Shown: positions 13,315-26,293, counted from the stretch's first letter. The stretch: DNA of 64,000 nucleotides from Octopus vulgaris (GCA_951406725.2 OX597834.1:44950001-45014000); one strand, 5' to 3'. Notes: generated from the letters alone by a model not told the origin. Made by a program: numbers and translations.

Positions 13315-14275
13315 AAATGCCGGCACGTGTTCTTAGAAAATCGTCGACATCGTGAACCATCTTCCAGCCGTCCAAAGATATGAGAGTCGTAACGGGCGAG
13401 ATCTTGACCATAGGCAGGTTGCTCCGCCACCTCATAAAACCCAATTGGTCATTGTTTTAAACAATCTGGGTGGCCGTGGCTGGGTGTTTATTGTCATGCA
13501 GCAATAAAACGTTCTTCGTTAATAGGCTTCGGCATTTGGCGCAGATTGCTAGCTTCAGTGCGTTGACCAACAAAACACTATATCTTGCATTATTGATCGT
13601 ACAGCCATTTTTTTCAGGCAGTCTTCCAGTATTGGCCCTTCCCGCAGAAGACTGAATTTTGCATTTCTTCGTTGCTGGGGAAGCAGGATATGTCCACCCC
13701 ATACTCTGTCTTTTAGATTGTGTCTCACAATGATTGACCCACGTTTCATCTTCTGTGACTATTCTCTTCAAACATTTCTCGCTCTCATCGTTCTAACGAT
13801 CAAACCAATGTTGGCAGGCCTCCAAACATTTGCTGTTGTGCTCTGCAGTAATCTCTCTTGCCTCCAAGTTTGCACAGACTTTATAGAAGCCGAGCTCATA
13901 ATGAATGATTTCATAAATGGGCGTAACTAAACCAGCCCCAATCGACAATTTGTGCGGGACAGGGACAAGGGACAAGCAAAACCATGAAATCTGCAGAGAT
14001 TAAGCTACCTTATCGATTAAAATTCGCCGGTTCACCATTACCATCTCTCGAGCTTGCTGTATCTTCAAATCAGTGGTGGAGGTTGACTGGCGTCCCCGTA
14101 TTATGCTGAAAGCCGCCAATGTATTTCAACGACTAGCATAACCTCCGACCAGAAGAATCGGATCACTGCTCTTTGTTCTATTTTTGTATACAATTAGTAG
14201 AGCGGCCATGTTTACATGGTAAGGCCAGAAAAAAATGGCGTGATCAGGATCATACGTCGATCATATGGCCACAAT
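13315..14275 (-). mobile_element. mariner transposase pseudogene (family M1, copy 1)
   Basis: RIVTEDETWV, GCTINNARY, VLLLHDN and PAYGQDLARYDSHIFG motifs in ORFs 13457..13771 and 13224..13430. A start MAA...EQRAVIRF lies near 14155-14210 and is shared with the 56.8-kb and 60.9-kb copies. Confidence 0.9.
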
Positions 14276-14299
14276 ATTAGCAACAACAAGCTCGCATAT

Positions 14300-14332
<33 letters not shown>

Positions 14333-14358
14333 TATATATACTTATTTTTGTCTATCTA

Positions 14359-14419
<61 letters not shown>

Positions 14420-14442
14420 ATATCTATCTATCTATCTATCTA

Positions 14443-14477
<35 letters not shown>

Positions 14478-14511
14478 GGATAGATAGTTACATAGATAGA
14501 CAGACAGATAG

Positions 14512-14560
<49 letters not shown>

Positions 14561-14564
<4 letters not shown>

Positions 14565-14631
14565 TCTTTATTAGCCACACAGGGCTGCACACATATATAA
14601 CAAATTACAAGGTAGAGCTTTTCTTTTTAAT

Positions 14632-14666
<35 letters not shown>

Positions 14667-15236
14667 GGGGGAGTTTCGATCAAAAGGGATCGTAAAAGGA
14701 GAGAAGGAGGACAAAAAAAAGGGGGTTCAAAAAAGGGGGAGAGGAAAAAAAAAAAAAAAAAAAAATTGATCAATAGGGATCGTTATCACAGAAATGTCAA
14801 TATGAAGTGTAAAGGGGAGGACAGGTGAGGTTTACCCGTGGGAAGAAAAGCCTACGGAAAAGACCACGGGAACCTCGGTCAATGAAGTCACATTTTATAT
14901 TTCTTTTTTTTTTTTTTTTTTTTTTGCAAATAAGCAACTCTCTGTTTTCGATTTCTGGGTTCATAGGACTATGCTCAAGGTGGCTTCGTCATTCATACGT
15001 GCCATTCTTGCTACATTCACCCATCTTTTTTTAAAACATTCGCTAGACAAAACTTGCCTCTCTACTCTCACTTTCCTTTTCAAGTGGTACTTGAAGAAGT
15101 TGATGAGAGATTGACCAGAGAGGAAAGTGTTTGTCTCCAATCCTTTCAGACGCGTCCACCAGATACATTCTTTCGCCATAGCCACAAGGATGATGAAAAT
15201 AGCTCTTCCTTCCCGTTTGAAGGAAGGAGGCGTGAC
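14561..15236 (-). mobile_element. 5'-truncated L1/Tx1-clade LINE: ORF2 C-terminus, 3' UTR, polyA signal
   Basis: Uninterrupted IFIILVAMAKECIWWTRLKG...LINFFKYHLKRKVRVER...FKKRW (stop 14961) resembles Tx1 ORF2 ends. The U-rich UTR ends in AATAAAGAAAAA, and (TA)n flanks both sides. Confidence 0.8.
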
Positions 15237-15250
15237 ATATATATATATAT

Positions 15251-15289
<39 letters not shown>

Positions 15290-15290
15290 T

Positions 15291-15341
<51 letters not shown>

Positions 15342-16662
15342 TATGGATGGATAGTTAGACATACAAACATGGAAAACTTTATATCAGCATGGTACTTCAT
15401 TCATGACTTTTATACATCCATTAAAATACATTTCTACTTTTTCAATGGTATGGAATATACCTATGGGCTCTTATTAATATACAATACGTTAGGTTTCCAT
15501 TCATTAAGTAAAGTATCAATGTGCTCTAAAATTATTCTCAAATGTTCGAAACAGACATAAATACTGTCTTCCTGAAGTTAATGTAAATATCTTTATATAA
15601 ACATACATACGGGATTGCACACGCACACACTTACAGACATATATATATATATATATGTATGATGCGTATAGATATAGATGCGTATATGCACACACATACA
15701 TACGTACATGTATACTGAATACATTCGTACATATATACTGAATACATGTATGGCTGATTACTGTCAACGAATAGTATTCAAAAGCATACCTAGTTATTAA
15801 ATTAGCTTCAAAGTAGATACCATACATATGCATATTTTCTCGTGTATACATATATACATGCGCACATATATAACATATATACACTTATATATGAGCAATA
15901 TATATATATATATATATACACAAATACACACACATACATATATATATATATATATTTATATTACATATACATATTTGCTTATAAATACATTTTTACACAC
16001 ACACACACACACGCACACACACACTACGTAAATATGTGTATGTGTGTGGTTTTTTTCTGCTGAGCATTTATATACATCCATATGCACGCATATGAATCAT
16101 TCCTGTGAGATAATCTGGCATTATCGCCGCCTGAATTTATATAATAAGATACAATCATGAGGCATGTACTAAGAAAAAGCTATTTTGCTATGCAGTCCTC
16201 GCAACTTGGTATATTCCTCGCCAAATTATTCCACTTATGTCGTTCATCTAATATCAATTCCATATTTATTAATATCTTGTTGTAGCTAGCGAAATTGTTT
16301 TTGATACAAACATTACTTCGGTTTGTCTCGCTTAACTATGCTACAATTTTATAAACAAGTGTTAAATATTACAATAAATGGTGGAAGATAAATAATATAG
16401 TTCTAAAATAACTATGATAAAATCTACTTTGCTTTCAGTATCGCTTTCGTGAACCTTATAATTATTTTAGGAATGTGAGAGTCGCCTAATTCTCAATTTT
16501 CTATATATATATTGTATGTTCTAATTTCAAAGCAGTCATGATATGATGTATCATTCCATCATTATATTTTAGTAGTTACTGTCATGATGCAGTAACGCTT
16601 TTGAAGGGTTTAGTCGAAGAAATCTACTTGATATATATCGGTCAAATTTATATATCTATATA

Positions 16663-16708
<46 letters not shown>

Positions 16709-16772
16709 TAGATAGATAGATAGATACATAAACATAGATAAATAGATATACATATACATATGCATACACACG

Positions 16773-16804
<32 letters not shown>

Positions 16805-16881
16805 GATAGATAGATAGAGAAACATAGATAAATAGATATACAGATACTTATACATACACACACACACATATATATATATAC

Positions 16882-16934
<53 letters not shown>

Positions 16935-16986
16935 AGTGTGTGTGTGTGTGTGTGCATGTATGTAGGTAGATAGCTAGCTACATAGC

Positions 16987-17048
<62 letters not shown>

Positions 17049-17431
17049 TACATATACATATACATATATGACAACTCAGGGTTTTCTGTTTTTGTGCTCC
17101 GTGCAAGTTTGAGCTTCTAATATATGAATATCTATATATGAATATTTCAATGTAAATAGTCCAAAAAATATTCAGTCTTTGCTCTCTCTCTATTTACATG
17201 TATGCATATATTCTGTATATCTAAGTCAGCAATTTTATTTGTTTATTTGCATCATTATCTCCATATCTGCCCACCACCACTGTTCTTATAACCACTCTTT
17301 GCCCCCGTCACGTTTTCGGAGTTCTAATTGAAATCATTTGAGCGTTAATAAGTGTTTTCTATATGAGGAGTCTCTGGACCTCGTTTGCTGACTCTCTCTT
17401 TAGATAAATGTACTTTATATATATATATATA

Positions 17432-17640
17432 TGTGACCGCGTGTGTACCGTTGGCGATATTTTCTCCTCCGTCTTCCCTTCTCTGGATCTTTCCTTGTCC
17501 TATGTTTCTGAGGAAGAGCTCCACTCGAAACGTTCAACCCTCCTTCTTCCCTTCCTTCCTGAGCGTCCAATAATACTATATTTGTTCCACGTCCTCGCGT
17601 TGTATTTTTCACTTTGTGTTTTCATGTTTGGATTAACTTT
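17432..17640 (+). mobile_element. ~210-bp hammerhead-bearing non-coding element (putative Penelope-like pLTR), copy A
   Basis: Closely similar over its full length to the reverse complement of 51525-51735; flanked by (TA)n. Confidence 0.8.
17504..17538 (+). ncRNA. minimal hammerhead ribozyme motif
   Basis: GUUU-CUGAGGA-A-GAGC-UCC-ACUC-GAAA-CG-UU-CAAC; one mismatch each in stems I and II. Confidence 0.7.
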
Positions 17641-17970
17641 ATATATATATACATATATGCATATATTTATGTATTTATATGCATATCAATATGTATATGT
17701 ATGTGTATATGATTATGAGCATGTGTGTATATATATTTTAAATTTTGCTTTTTGTTTTTTGAAATTAGATTCTTCATCTTTAAATATGAGAACTTATATA
17801 CTAGGTTTCATTATATTCAATTGTTTATAGAGGTTATTTTAGTTCTTGATTATATATAGATTATATATAGATTATATATATATTTTTTTTCATTGATAAA
17901 TTTATATTATTTATATTTTTTAGTCATTTTAAATTTAGATCTTAAAATATTGATTATTTGTAGATCTGAA

Positions 17971-18020
17971 TACCACCTGATGAATGTCCTTAGAAGAGAC
18001 ACGAAACAATTGTAGTGGCG
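17971..18020 (+). ncRNA. minimal type-I hammerhead ribozyme with palindromic stem III
   Basis: CCAC-CUGAUGA-A-UGUC-CUUAGAAGA-GACA-C-GAAA-CAAUUG-UA-GUGG. Canonical core, stem I CCAC/GUGG, stem II UGUC/GACA, palindromic CAAUUG and a GUA triplet; the 10.1-11.1 pair is an A.C mismatch. Confidence 0.85.
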
Positions 18021-18204
18021 AATTTAATTTTATTTAATTTATATACAATTTTTTATGTATTGGATTAAGTCTTTCTTTGTTTGATTTGCATAATAGTGGT
18101 TTTGTCTCTAATTAATATTATATAATATTTTACTATAAAATTGGATTCAGTCCTAAATCTGATTTTTCCCTGTAAATTTGGATTTATTCCCTAATATTTA
18201 TTAT

Positions 18205-18243
<39 letters not shown>

Positions 18244-18288
18244 TATATTTATGTATTTATATGCATATATATATGTATGGTGTATGTG

Positions 18289-18324
<36 letters not shown>

Positions 18325-18581
18325 CATACATACATATGTATATATATATTAATTATATTATTATTTAATTGAACGACACGCATCCATTTCCATACACACA
18401 CACACACATATATATACATGTATACAAAACCGTTTTCAAGATAAACGTTATCCTAAGAGTTACCGTGTTGTCAATTATATCAGTTCTCAATGCTGGCTAA
18501 TCAAATAACCGTATTAAAAAATATAGATGCGTAAATCTCCGCTCTCCTGCTCTTTATTAATTTCATTATATATATAAATAT

Positions 18582-18661
<80 letters not shown>

Positions 18662-18777
18662 GTATATATATATATATATATATTCGAGGATTATACATGT
18701 CAACCAGCAATCTGACAACCTTGTTATTCTCAATATAATATATCTGTACATCATTTCAAAAAAAAAACTCTCTCTCC

Positions 18778-18818
<41 letters not shown>

Positions 18819-19176
18819 CTCGCTCATATACACACATATTTTAATATGCATGGGTATTCCAACAAAACAACGAGGTTCATTTCGACTTAATGGTTGTCTT
18901 TTGGTTTTCATACTGCTTCTAATCCTTCTGCTTATTTGCGACATCAGTGCCTGAATTTCTATATAACGTTGACAGTGAGATTCAGCCGTTATGCCTCTTC
19001 TAAACATCTGTCACTGACGAGATCAATCGAAGGCTAAATGACGTTATCTGGCAGTTCCTGCAGCTGAAGCTGGCGATTCTTGTGCGTCAGTAGTATAAAT
19101 ACGTGTGCTTTATCTACCTTGAATACATATGAGAGTTCCTCTCGAGGATAACAACACAATATTCTCTATTCTGGTT

Positions 19177-19297
<121 letters not shown>

Positions 19298-19299
19298 TA

Positions 19300-19480
19300 A
19301 AAACCAGTCGCCATTCTTCATCTCTAAATCGACGTTTTTTTTTTTATTCTCTATGTGTTTAGTTTCTCTTATTCCTTTCAGTTAATGAACGTTGGCTCGA
19401 AATGTAGAAGACTTACTTATTTTCCCGAGCGTCAAACTAATATATTTTCATCTGTTCATACAACTATCTTCGACTTTTGA
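19300..19480 (+). mobile_element. decayed hammerhead-bearing element (same subfamily as 24040-24220)
   Basis: tttctcttattccttt-CAGTTAA-T-GAAC-GTTG-GCTC-GAAA-TG-TA-gaagactt...ttcccgagcgtcaaactaata aligns with the reverse complement of 24085-24165. Confidence 0.7.
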
Positions 19481-20548
19481 TACACACACACACAACCACA
19501 CAGACACACTCACATATATATGTATATGTCTTTATGAATTATCAAAGCGATAAATTACAGGAGCTAGTACACATATAAAATATCTTTTAATTGATTGCAA
19601 TTTCCAATAGACAGCGTTACTTGTTTTTGATCAGCAGCTGATAAACCGTCTTGACTTTCTTTTGTGATATCCATTGTCAGGATGTTCTTTAAAATACGAA
19701 GTGGAAGTTTGAAGAAGACGCTTGCCTTATGTCATAGTTTTAAAAACTTTTGTGAACGATTTACAGAGTTACTCATTAAAAACAAACGAAGAGTTGAATA
19801 AAGTATTACTTTAGAATATTCAAACAGGAACGCAATTTTAGGAATTCTGTTGTAGGGAGTTTAAGGCACTTGTAATATTACCAGGAAAACCAGAAATGTA
19901 ATCAAAAACTGATCTTAAATCAGCCGCGTTTGCACCTGTGATTTAGAAATATTTGGTAAAGAAAAAAGCATATTGATAATCTTTTCGAACATTTTAATTC
20001 CATAATATTCTCCTGTCCTTTTGATCGAGTTGAATGACCAGTTATATAGAGTGTAGTAGTTTCCCTACATTTCAATCCCATGTATCGTTTATAGAACACA
20101 ACAAAAGATCACAAGACACGCTCAAACACTGGTCTGAAACATAACTGTTGTATGCATTTATTAGTTATATAATTATACGAGTCTTCTATAATATAACAGT
20201 GATGGTCTCAACGCGCGGGTTCCTGCCAAACATCACGGAAAAGAAATCTTAAAAAAGCTAAAACCGACTAACTAAAGATACAGCAGTAGTTAAATATAGC
20301 ATATCTTCTTATAGTTTGTTTGTAGCCAAGAACAAATTCAGCATTTTTTCTTCTGTGAAATAAGTAGGTAAATCGCAAATAATATTAACAAAATATAAAA
20401 CCCTGTCAACTGGAACCAAATCTAATGATTGTATGTCTGGTCGGTTTATTATATTTTTTGGTTTTCGTCGTCTGCTTTGATAGTTTATGGCCAAGTTGTT
20501 GTAGTACTTTTTCGCTTAACTGCACATCCATAAGTATGCTAACGATAG

Positions 20549-20593
<45 letters not shown>

Positions 20594-20597
20594 TGTA

Positions 20598-20663
<66 letters not shown>

Positions 20664-20729
20664 TACACACATATACACATATATACGTAGGTATATGTGT
20701 ATGTATGCAATACACACATACATACATAC

Positions 20730-20798
<69 letters not shown>

Positions 20799-20891
20799 CA
20801 CTCAGACAAACAGACTGACAGAGAGAAAAACAGAGAGAGAGAAACACAGAGAAACAATGATGTATAAACATCTATCCACTTCATTCTCCAC

Positions 20892-20967
<76 letters not shown>

Positions 20968-21239
20968 CATGTGTGTGTGAGTGTGTGTGAGCGTGCGTGT
21001 CAGTGTATATCTTTGTATTTCTTTATAAATATATATGTACGTGTTTGTGTGGTGTATATATCGTATAGATACATGTATGTGTCTTGTTTGAGTGTGTGGA
21101 TGTGTGTTTATATTGCCAATAGTCATGTAGGTACTTTCTATGAAGGAAATTTTAAATCTCAGTGACACGAATAGATAGATTCGAGCAATGTTATAGAATA
21201 TTCACTGGAAAACCGTACGGTCTCACCTATGCTTTCCGA

Positions 21240-21490
21240 CTGTTGTACTCTATCTTGCTTCTACACCATTAAAGATTAAATGAGTGAAAGCTCTGTGTTA
21301 CATGATAGCACAAGAATCACATCTTTTTCGTTTCTCTGTTCTTATTGCTTTCCAGCAACAACTCTGCAATGATTTTTAATTGTTATTTGACATCAAAGAA
21401 ATGTGCCATTGTTGTATGAGTCCCAACTAACCGGATATACTGGTTTCTTTGTATTGTTGCCAGACATCGCTGGCAAACTTTGAGCTAGCC
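21240..21490 (-). mobile_element. possible highly decayed mariner transposase fragment
   Basis: Frameshifted traces VSWDS ... KAIRTEKR in the expected order; weak. Confidence 0.3.
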
Positions 21491-21607
21491 TTTAGGCTTC
21501 GAATGAAGATATTGGACATGAATCGTACTGGTAGCTGTAATAAGAAGGTGGTTCTGATACATATATATATTCGAAAATATAATTAATATAATTCAGATTA
21601 CTCTAAA

Positions 21608-22040
21608 GAGGGTGAGCTGGGAGGATTGTTACCGTAAAGGACAAAATGTTTAGCGGCGCTTCGATCATTTCGTTAAGTTCTGGGATCAAATTATATCGAA
21701 GCCAAATGAATCTATTATTCCTTTCGGGGGCGGTAAATTAATTACCAGTTGAACAATGGAGTTGAGTTAATCGACTCTCCAAAATTGCTGGCCTTGTGCT
21801 AAAAATTTGAAAGTTTCAAATTTAAGATTTTTGTAAGAGGGTGAGCTGGCCGAATCGTTAGCACGCCGGGCAAAATGCTTGGCGGCATTTTTAATTGCCT
21901 CATTACGTTCTAATTCCACATAAGTCAGTTTTACCATTCATTCTTTAGGGGTCGATAAAATAAGTCGCAGTTTAGTACTAGGGGTCGATGAATTTTACTA
22001 CACTCTTACTTCAGACTTGCTGCCCCTCTGCCAAATCCGA
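21608..22040 (+). mobile_element. two tandem decayed Deu/Nin-domain SINE copies
   Basis: Heads gagggtgagctgg at about 21608 and 21837; cores ttcctttcgggg and ttcattctttaggggtcgataaaataagt. Confidence 0.75.
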
Positions 22041-24039
22041 AAAAAAAATTAAGTTCACTGTGTGACACAGCTAACATTACCTACTGACGAGGATAGGAAT
22101 GTGAAGGACGATATCGAAATTGTGTAGTCAGATGTGAATCATTTCTTATATTAGTTCACTAATTGGAGTTCTACAGGCAACGAAACATAATCTTGTTTCA
22201 TTACAGAAGAATATAAAAATCTACAGAGAAGCCAATGTGGCATAGACATTGGCGTATAGCCTGGCACTATCATGGCTTTGTTAAGAAGTGGGTATCGACA
22301 AAATAAGTTCAAGTGATTATGAAGCTGACTCACCAGGTATTTTCCTCACCAGCCAAAGCTCGTCCTGCGGCGTAGTAGATTTCAAAATAAATTTGGAAAA
22401 CAGAAACAGCATAAACTCCACACATATGTGTGCTTGTATGTGTGTGTGTATTTGGCTGTGTGTTTGTGTGAATGTGTGTGTGTTTTTGTGTGTGTTTGCC
22501 TGTGCGTGTGCCTGCGTACGCACACACGTATGCACGTTATTGCATGTGTGCTTATTTTTCACCTCTCATCAACCGTTGTGGTACTTTTAACGTATCGGTA
22601 ACATAGCGGATCGGCAAAAAAGATCGCTGAAACGTGTACCCTTCTTAAAATGTGAACTGAGATCGATTTCGTATCCTAACAAGGCCACTGTCCAAATTCC
22701 AAACCAATGGATAGAAGAAAAAAGGTCTAATTTTATAAACTCCAAAAAGAATTCAGTTTCCAGCTACACCAGCGTTTGAACTCAGAAGATTAAAGTCGCA
22801 ATAGTGTTTACTTACTCCAAAATAGTTTCGAAAAGCTTCCATTTATTGGTTATAATTAACTTAAAGGAAAGAATAATACAATGAAAATGGTAAACAAACT
22901 GTCTAGAATAATTCTTATTTGTTCTAAAATATTTGTAGTTATTCCAAAATAGATTTGGTATGAAAAGAATTCATTGCGAGTTTCGTTTCGTTTACAGACG
23001 ACATTAATTCTGATGCTAGGCTAGCAATAACATTGGCAAGTTTAAATTTTGTCGGCAGAAAGGTAAAAGAAATGCTTAAACAGTTTGATTAATTCAAGTT
23101 GGTCCTAATTGAAATAAATCTATAAGAATGCTGTAAATCATCCAACCCGTAATTCGATCTTGACAACAAACACTTATTTAATGGTGAGTTAATGGTCAAC
23201 ATTTATATCGGCTTTTATTTCACAGCTGACGTTTTATTCGCCGGATAAAATTCGTTTTGTAATCTAGACTAGGAGGAAGATTCCTCCCTCGCTCCCCTCT
23301 AGAAGTAAAAAGAAAAGATACAATATAAACGAATTAAGTTCAGCAAAAAACACAATAAAAGGACAAAGATAAAGTTTATTTCCACTGACACTAAAATCTC
23401 TAAGAATAAAAACGCCATCACCAGCGCTAATGTAATTGTTACCAAACAGCAACAAAAAGGAGAAGAAAAAAACTAAAAAAATGTACACAATGGCGGGTTT
23501 ATTCCGTCGCCATTTTTGTTCCTGATATGCCTAGTGTTTCATATAGGAAATAGCGTTGATTGTAACGTTCTTGTTGTTGTTACCATTTGTCATCTTTGTC
23601 GCTGTCATTTCCTTTTTTTTCTTTTGGTGTCGTTCTTAGCTTCAATCAATAGCGAGCAGGACTATGGAAAAAAGAACATTCAAGCATTTGTGACCATCCA
23701 CGCTGTATTTTCTGATCTCTAGGACCACATTATTTACTGTGTATTGCATCTATGCCAATATTACTTATCTTGAGAAATTTGGTTGCCATTTCTAGCAGTC
23801 CCTTCTCATCATAGTATTGTCAAGAAAGAAGTGAAGAAATTGTCCAAAGTGAAGTATTCAAAATGTGGGGCATGAAGGTGAACACAACACGAATAATAAT
23901 TGGAGCATTAAGCTTGATAAATAATCATACGAGCAAAAATGCAGAAGTTATACCCAGATCTTCAACACTACACACTCTCCAAAAATAGCCCCGCTATGAG
24001 CAACCCACATCCTAGACAATACACTATCAATCCAATACA

Positions 24040-24220
24040 GAAAAAACAGAAGACGAAGACATGAATATAAACAACAAGCAGGTGTATTAGTTTGCCGCTC
24101 AGGAAAGTGAGAAAGTCTTTTACATTTCGAGCCTACGCTCTTCAGAAGAAAGGAATAAGAGAAAATAAACAGAGAGTGATTTTAAAAAATAAACCTGTGA
24201 ACTTAGCGATCAATCATGGC
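24040..24220 (-). mobile_element. hammerhead-bearing non-coding element; ribozyme-like motif at 24117-24152
   Basis: Minus strand reads CUUU-CUUCUGA-A-GAGC-GUAG-GCUC-GAAA-UG-UA-AAAG. Stems I and II are perfect, the 5' core is mutated, and ttcctgagcgg follows as in the other copies. Confidence 0.72.
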
Positions 24221-25619
24221 TTAGAGAATAAAAAGGATTTCAAAAAGAATTATTTTTTCCCAAAAATAATAAAATCTTTTATCAAGATGGTACTAACGTT
24301 TTGGGGAAGGAGTTTTTTTCCTAGTGTGTAAGCGTTTTCGATTACTGTTTTCAAACACGTGCTATTGTCGTGCCTCTTCATGGTGGCAGTCAAATGACTG
24401 AAACAAGTAGAATATATGAATATGTATGCAACTATATATGACTAACAATCTATCTATATATCTGTCTGTCTATCTATCTCTTTATCTATCTATCCATCTA
24501 TCTATCTATTTATCTATATGCATGTATGTGTTTGCGATTTGTAGAGAACTTTCCCAGTTCAAATTGTATAATTTAACACCGTCACAGTTCAATAATTACA
24601 AAAAAAGATCTAAAATGTTCTTAAATGTTAGCGAAAGATTGATGTCGGTTCGTAATTAACCTCGCACTCTGATCGTGGGATACATAAATTGGATGTGTCA
24701 TTTGCTCTATTAACGTCCGTCTGTCACAGGCTGTCGTCAATGTATAACAGTATAATTACTAATTCTTGATAGTTCTCCACTGAATACAGCTTACCACGTG
24801 ATGTGCCTTATGATTATGAAGCTCACAATAAAATCTTACATGATAACTTTTTGAAAAGAAAGAAGAATTAGTGTGCGTAATCGATCAGATATCCGATCGG
24901 AAGCGAAGTCTGAAAATATAATGTGTTACGACCAGGATATTTTTGCATACGCCTACACTGAAAAATAGCGGTTTTTCCATTAGATTTTATTAAGTAAATC
25001 TTCTGTAGACTATGTTTTCATGTTCAAATTTGAAAACCTATTAATAATATTATTCTTTTTTTATCAAATTTATGTAGTTGTGGCTTTAAAATTCATCCAG
25101 CGATGAGGCTTCCGTTCGGGTGTTCTGGAGTTGTTGCAAGCGTGGAATGGCCTATTAATTACCATTACTCCCCGGTCTGTTCTGATTTGGAATGGTAGTA
25201 CGTCAGGGTCCCGTCTATGTGTTAAATAGATTTTTGTGAGGCTAGTCTGAGTTCCATAGGTGCGGTGAAAACAATTAGTTTAGGTGTGGGAAAAACTACA
25301 AGCTTAATACCTTCTTCCAATATGACCTGAGCCAGCCGGAACGGGTATGGCTGATGAAAGGAAAATAGGGTTGTCCAAAATCATATATTGTCCAAAATCA
25401 TAAATAAGTATCTCATTTTATTGCGCATTGTACAGCAGAGGGTAGTTGTGGGAAATAATGACGATATTTCATAGAATTTCGCAAAATTTAGTGTTAGTAA
25501 GTCGCGTTAAACATTACTTGACATACATACTTCAAGAGACACTCGTAAATGATTTCACATCCATAAATCTACACTTACATATCATATTAAAATCTCTTTC
25601 TCATTATTTTTAAGTATTC

Positions 25620-26160
25620 CTCTAAAAGTGGTTTCTCCGGGAATTTAGGTTTATCATGATAGTGTTTGGAGAGTGTTATAAATGTAGTTAGGACCACGCT
25701 CGTATATTTAACATATGATCTAAAGCAAGGGGTGTCTAATGTTGGCTTGTTTAGCAAGTGTAAGGCTGGTGAAATTGGAAGCGTCGTTTTGAAATCACAT
25801 TTGCGCTGGGTTGGCCATATCAATAAAATGGTTGGGCAAAAGAATACGTACAGCAGCTTGATAGTGGGCAGAGGAACGTTGGTCGACCATCGGTCAGAGG
25901 TCAGGACTAGGTGCAAGATATACTCTTTGCAGTCAATATAGCTCATAACGCCTTTGATTAAACAACCTTGGAGCGAACAGATTAGATATCGTTGACTCAA
26001 AATGATACAAGAGAATGATATTATTAACAGACTCAATGGTGCAAGGCAAGGGGCAAAATCGGTCACTTCCACTGACATGTAATGATCAGACTTCTAACAT
26101 CTGCGGGCTTTTTTGTAAATCGTTGACAGTATTCAATGTCACACTCGACATAAGGATTAC
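25620..26160 (+). mobile_element. decayed RTE-clade LINE 3' fragment
   Basis: HLRWVGHINKM (RTE motif LRWxGHxxRM) in ORF 25666..25941, and a degenerate terminal zinc finger NICGLFCKS in ORF 26015..26344. Confidence 0.7.
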
Positions 26161-26208
26161 GACTAACAAAGCGAACGTTATCACAGATCCTCATACAACG
26201 AGTTCATC

Positions 26209-26293
<85 letters not shown>

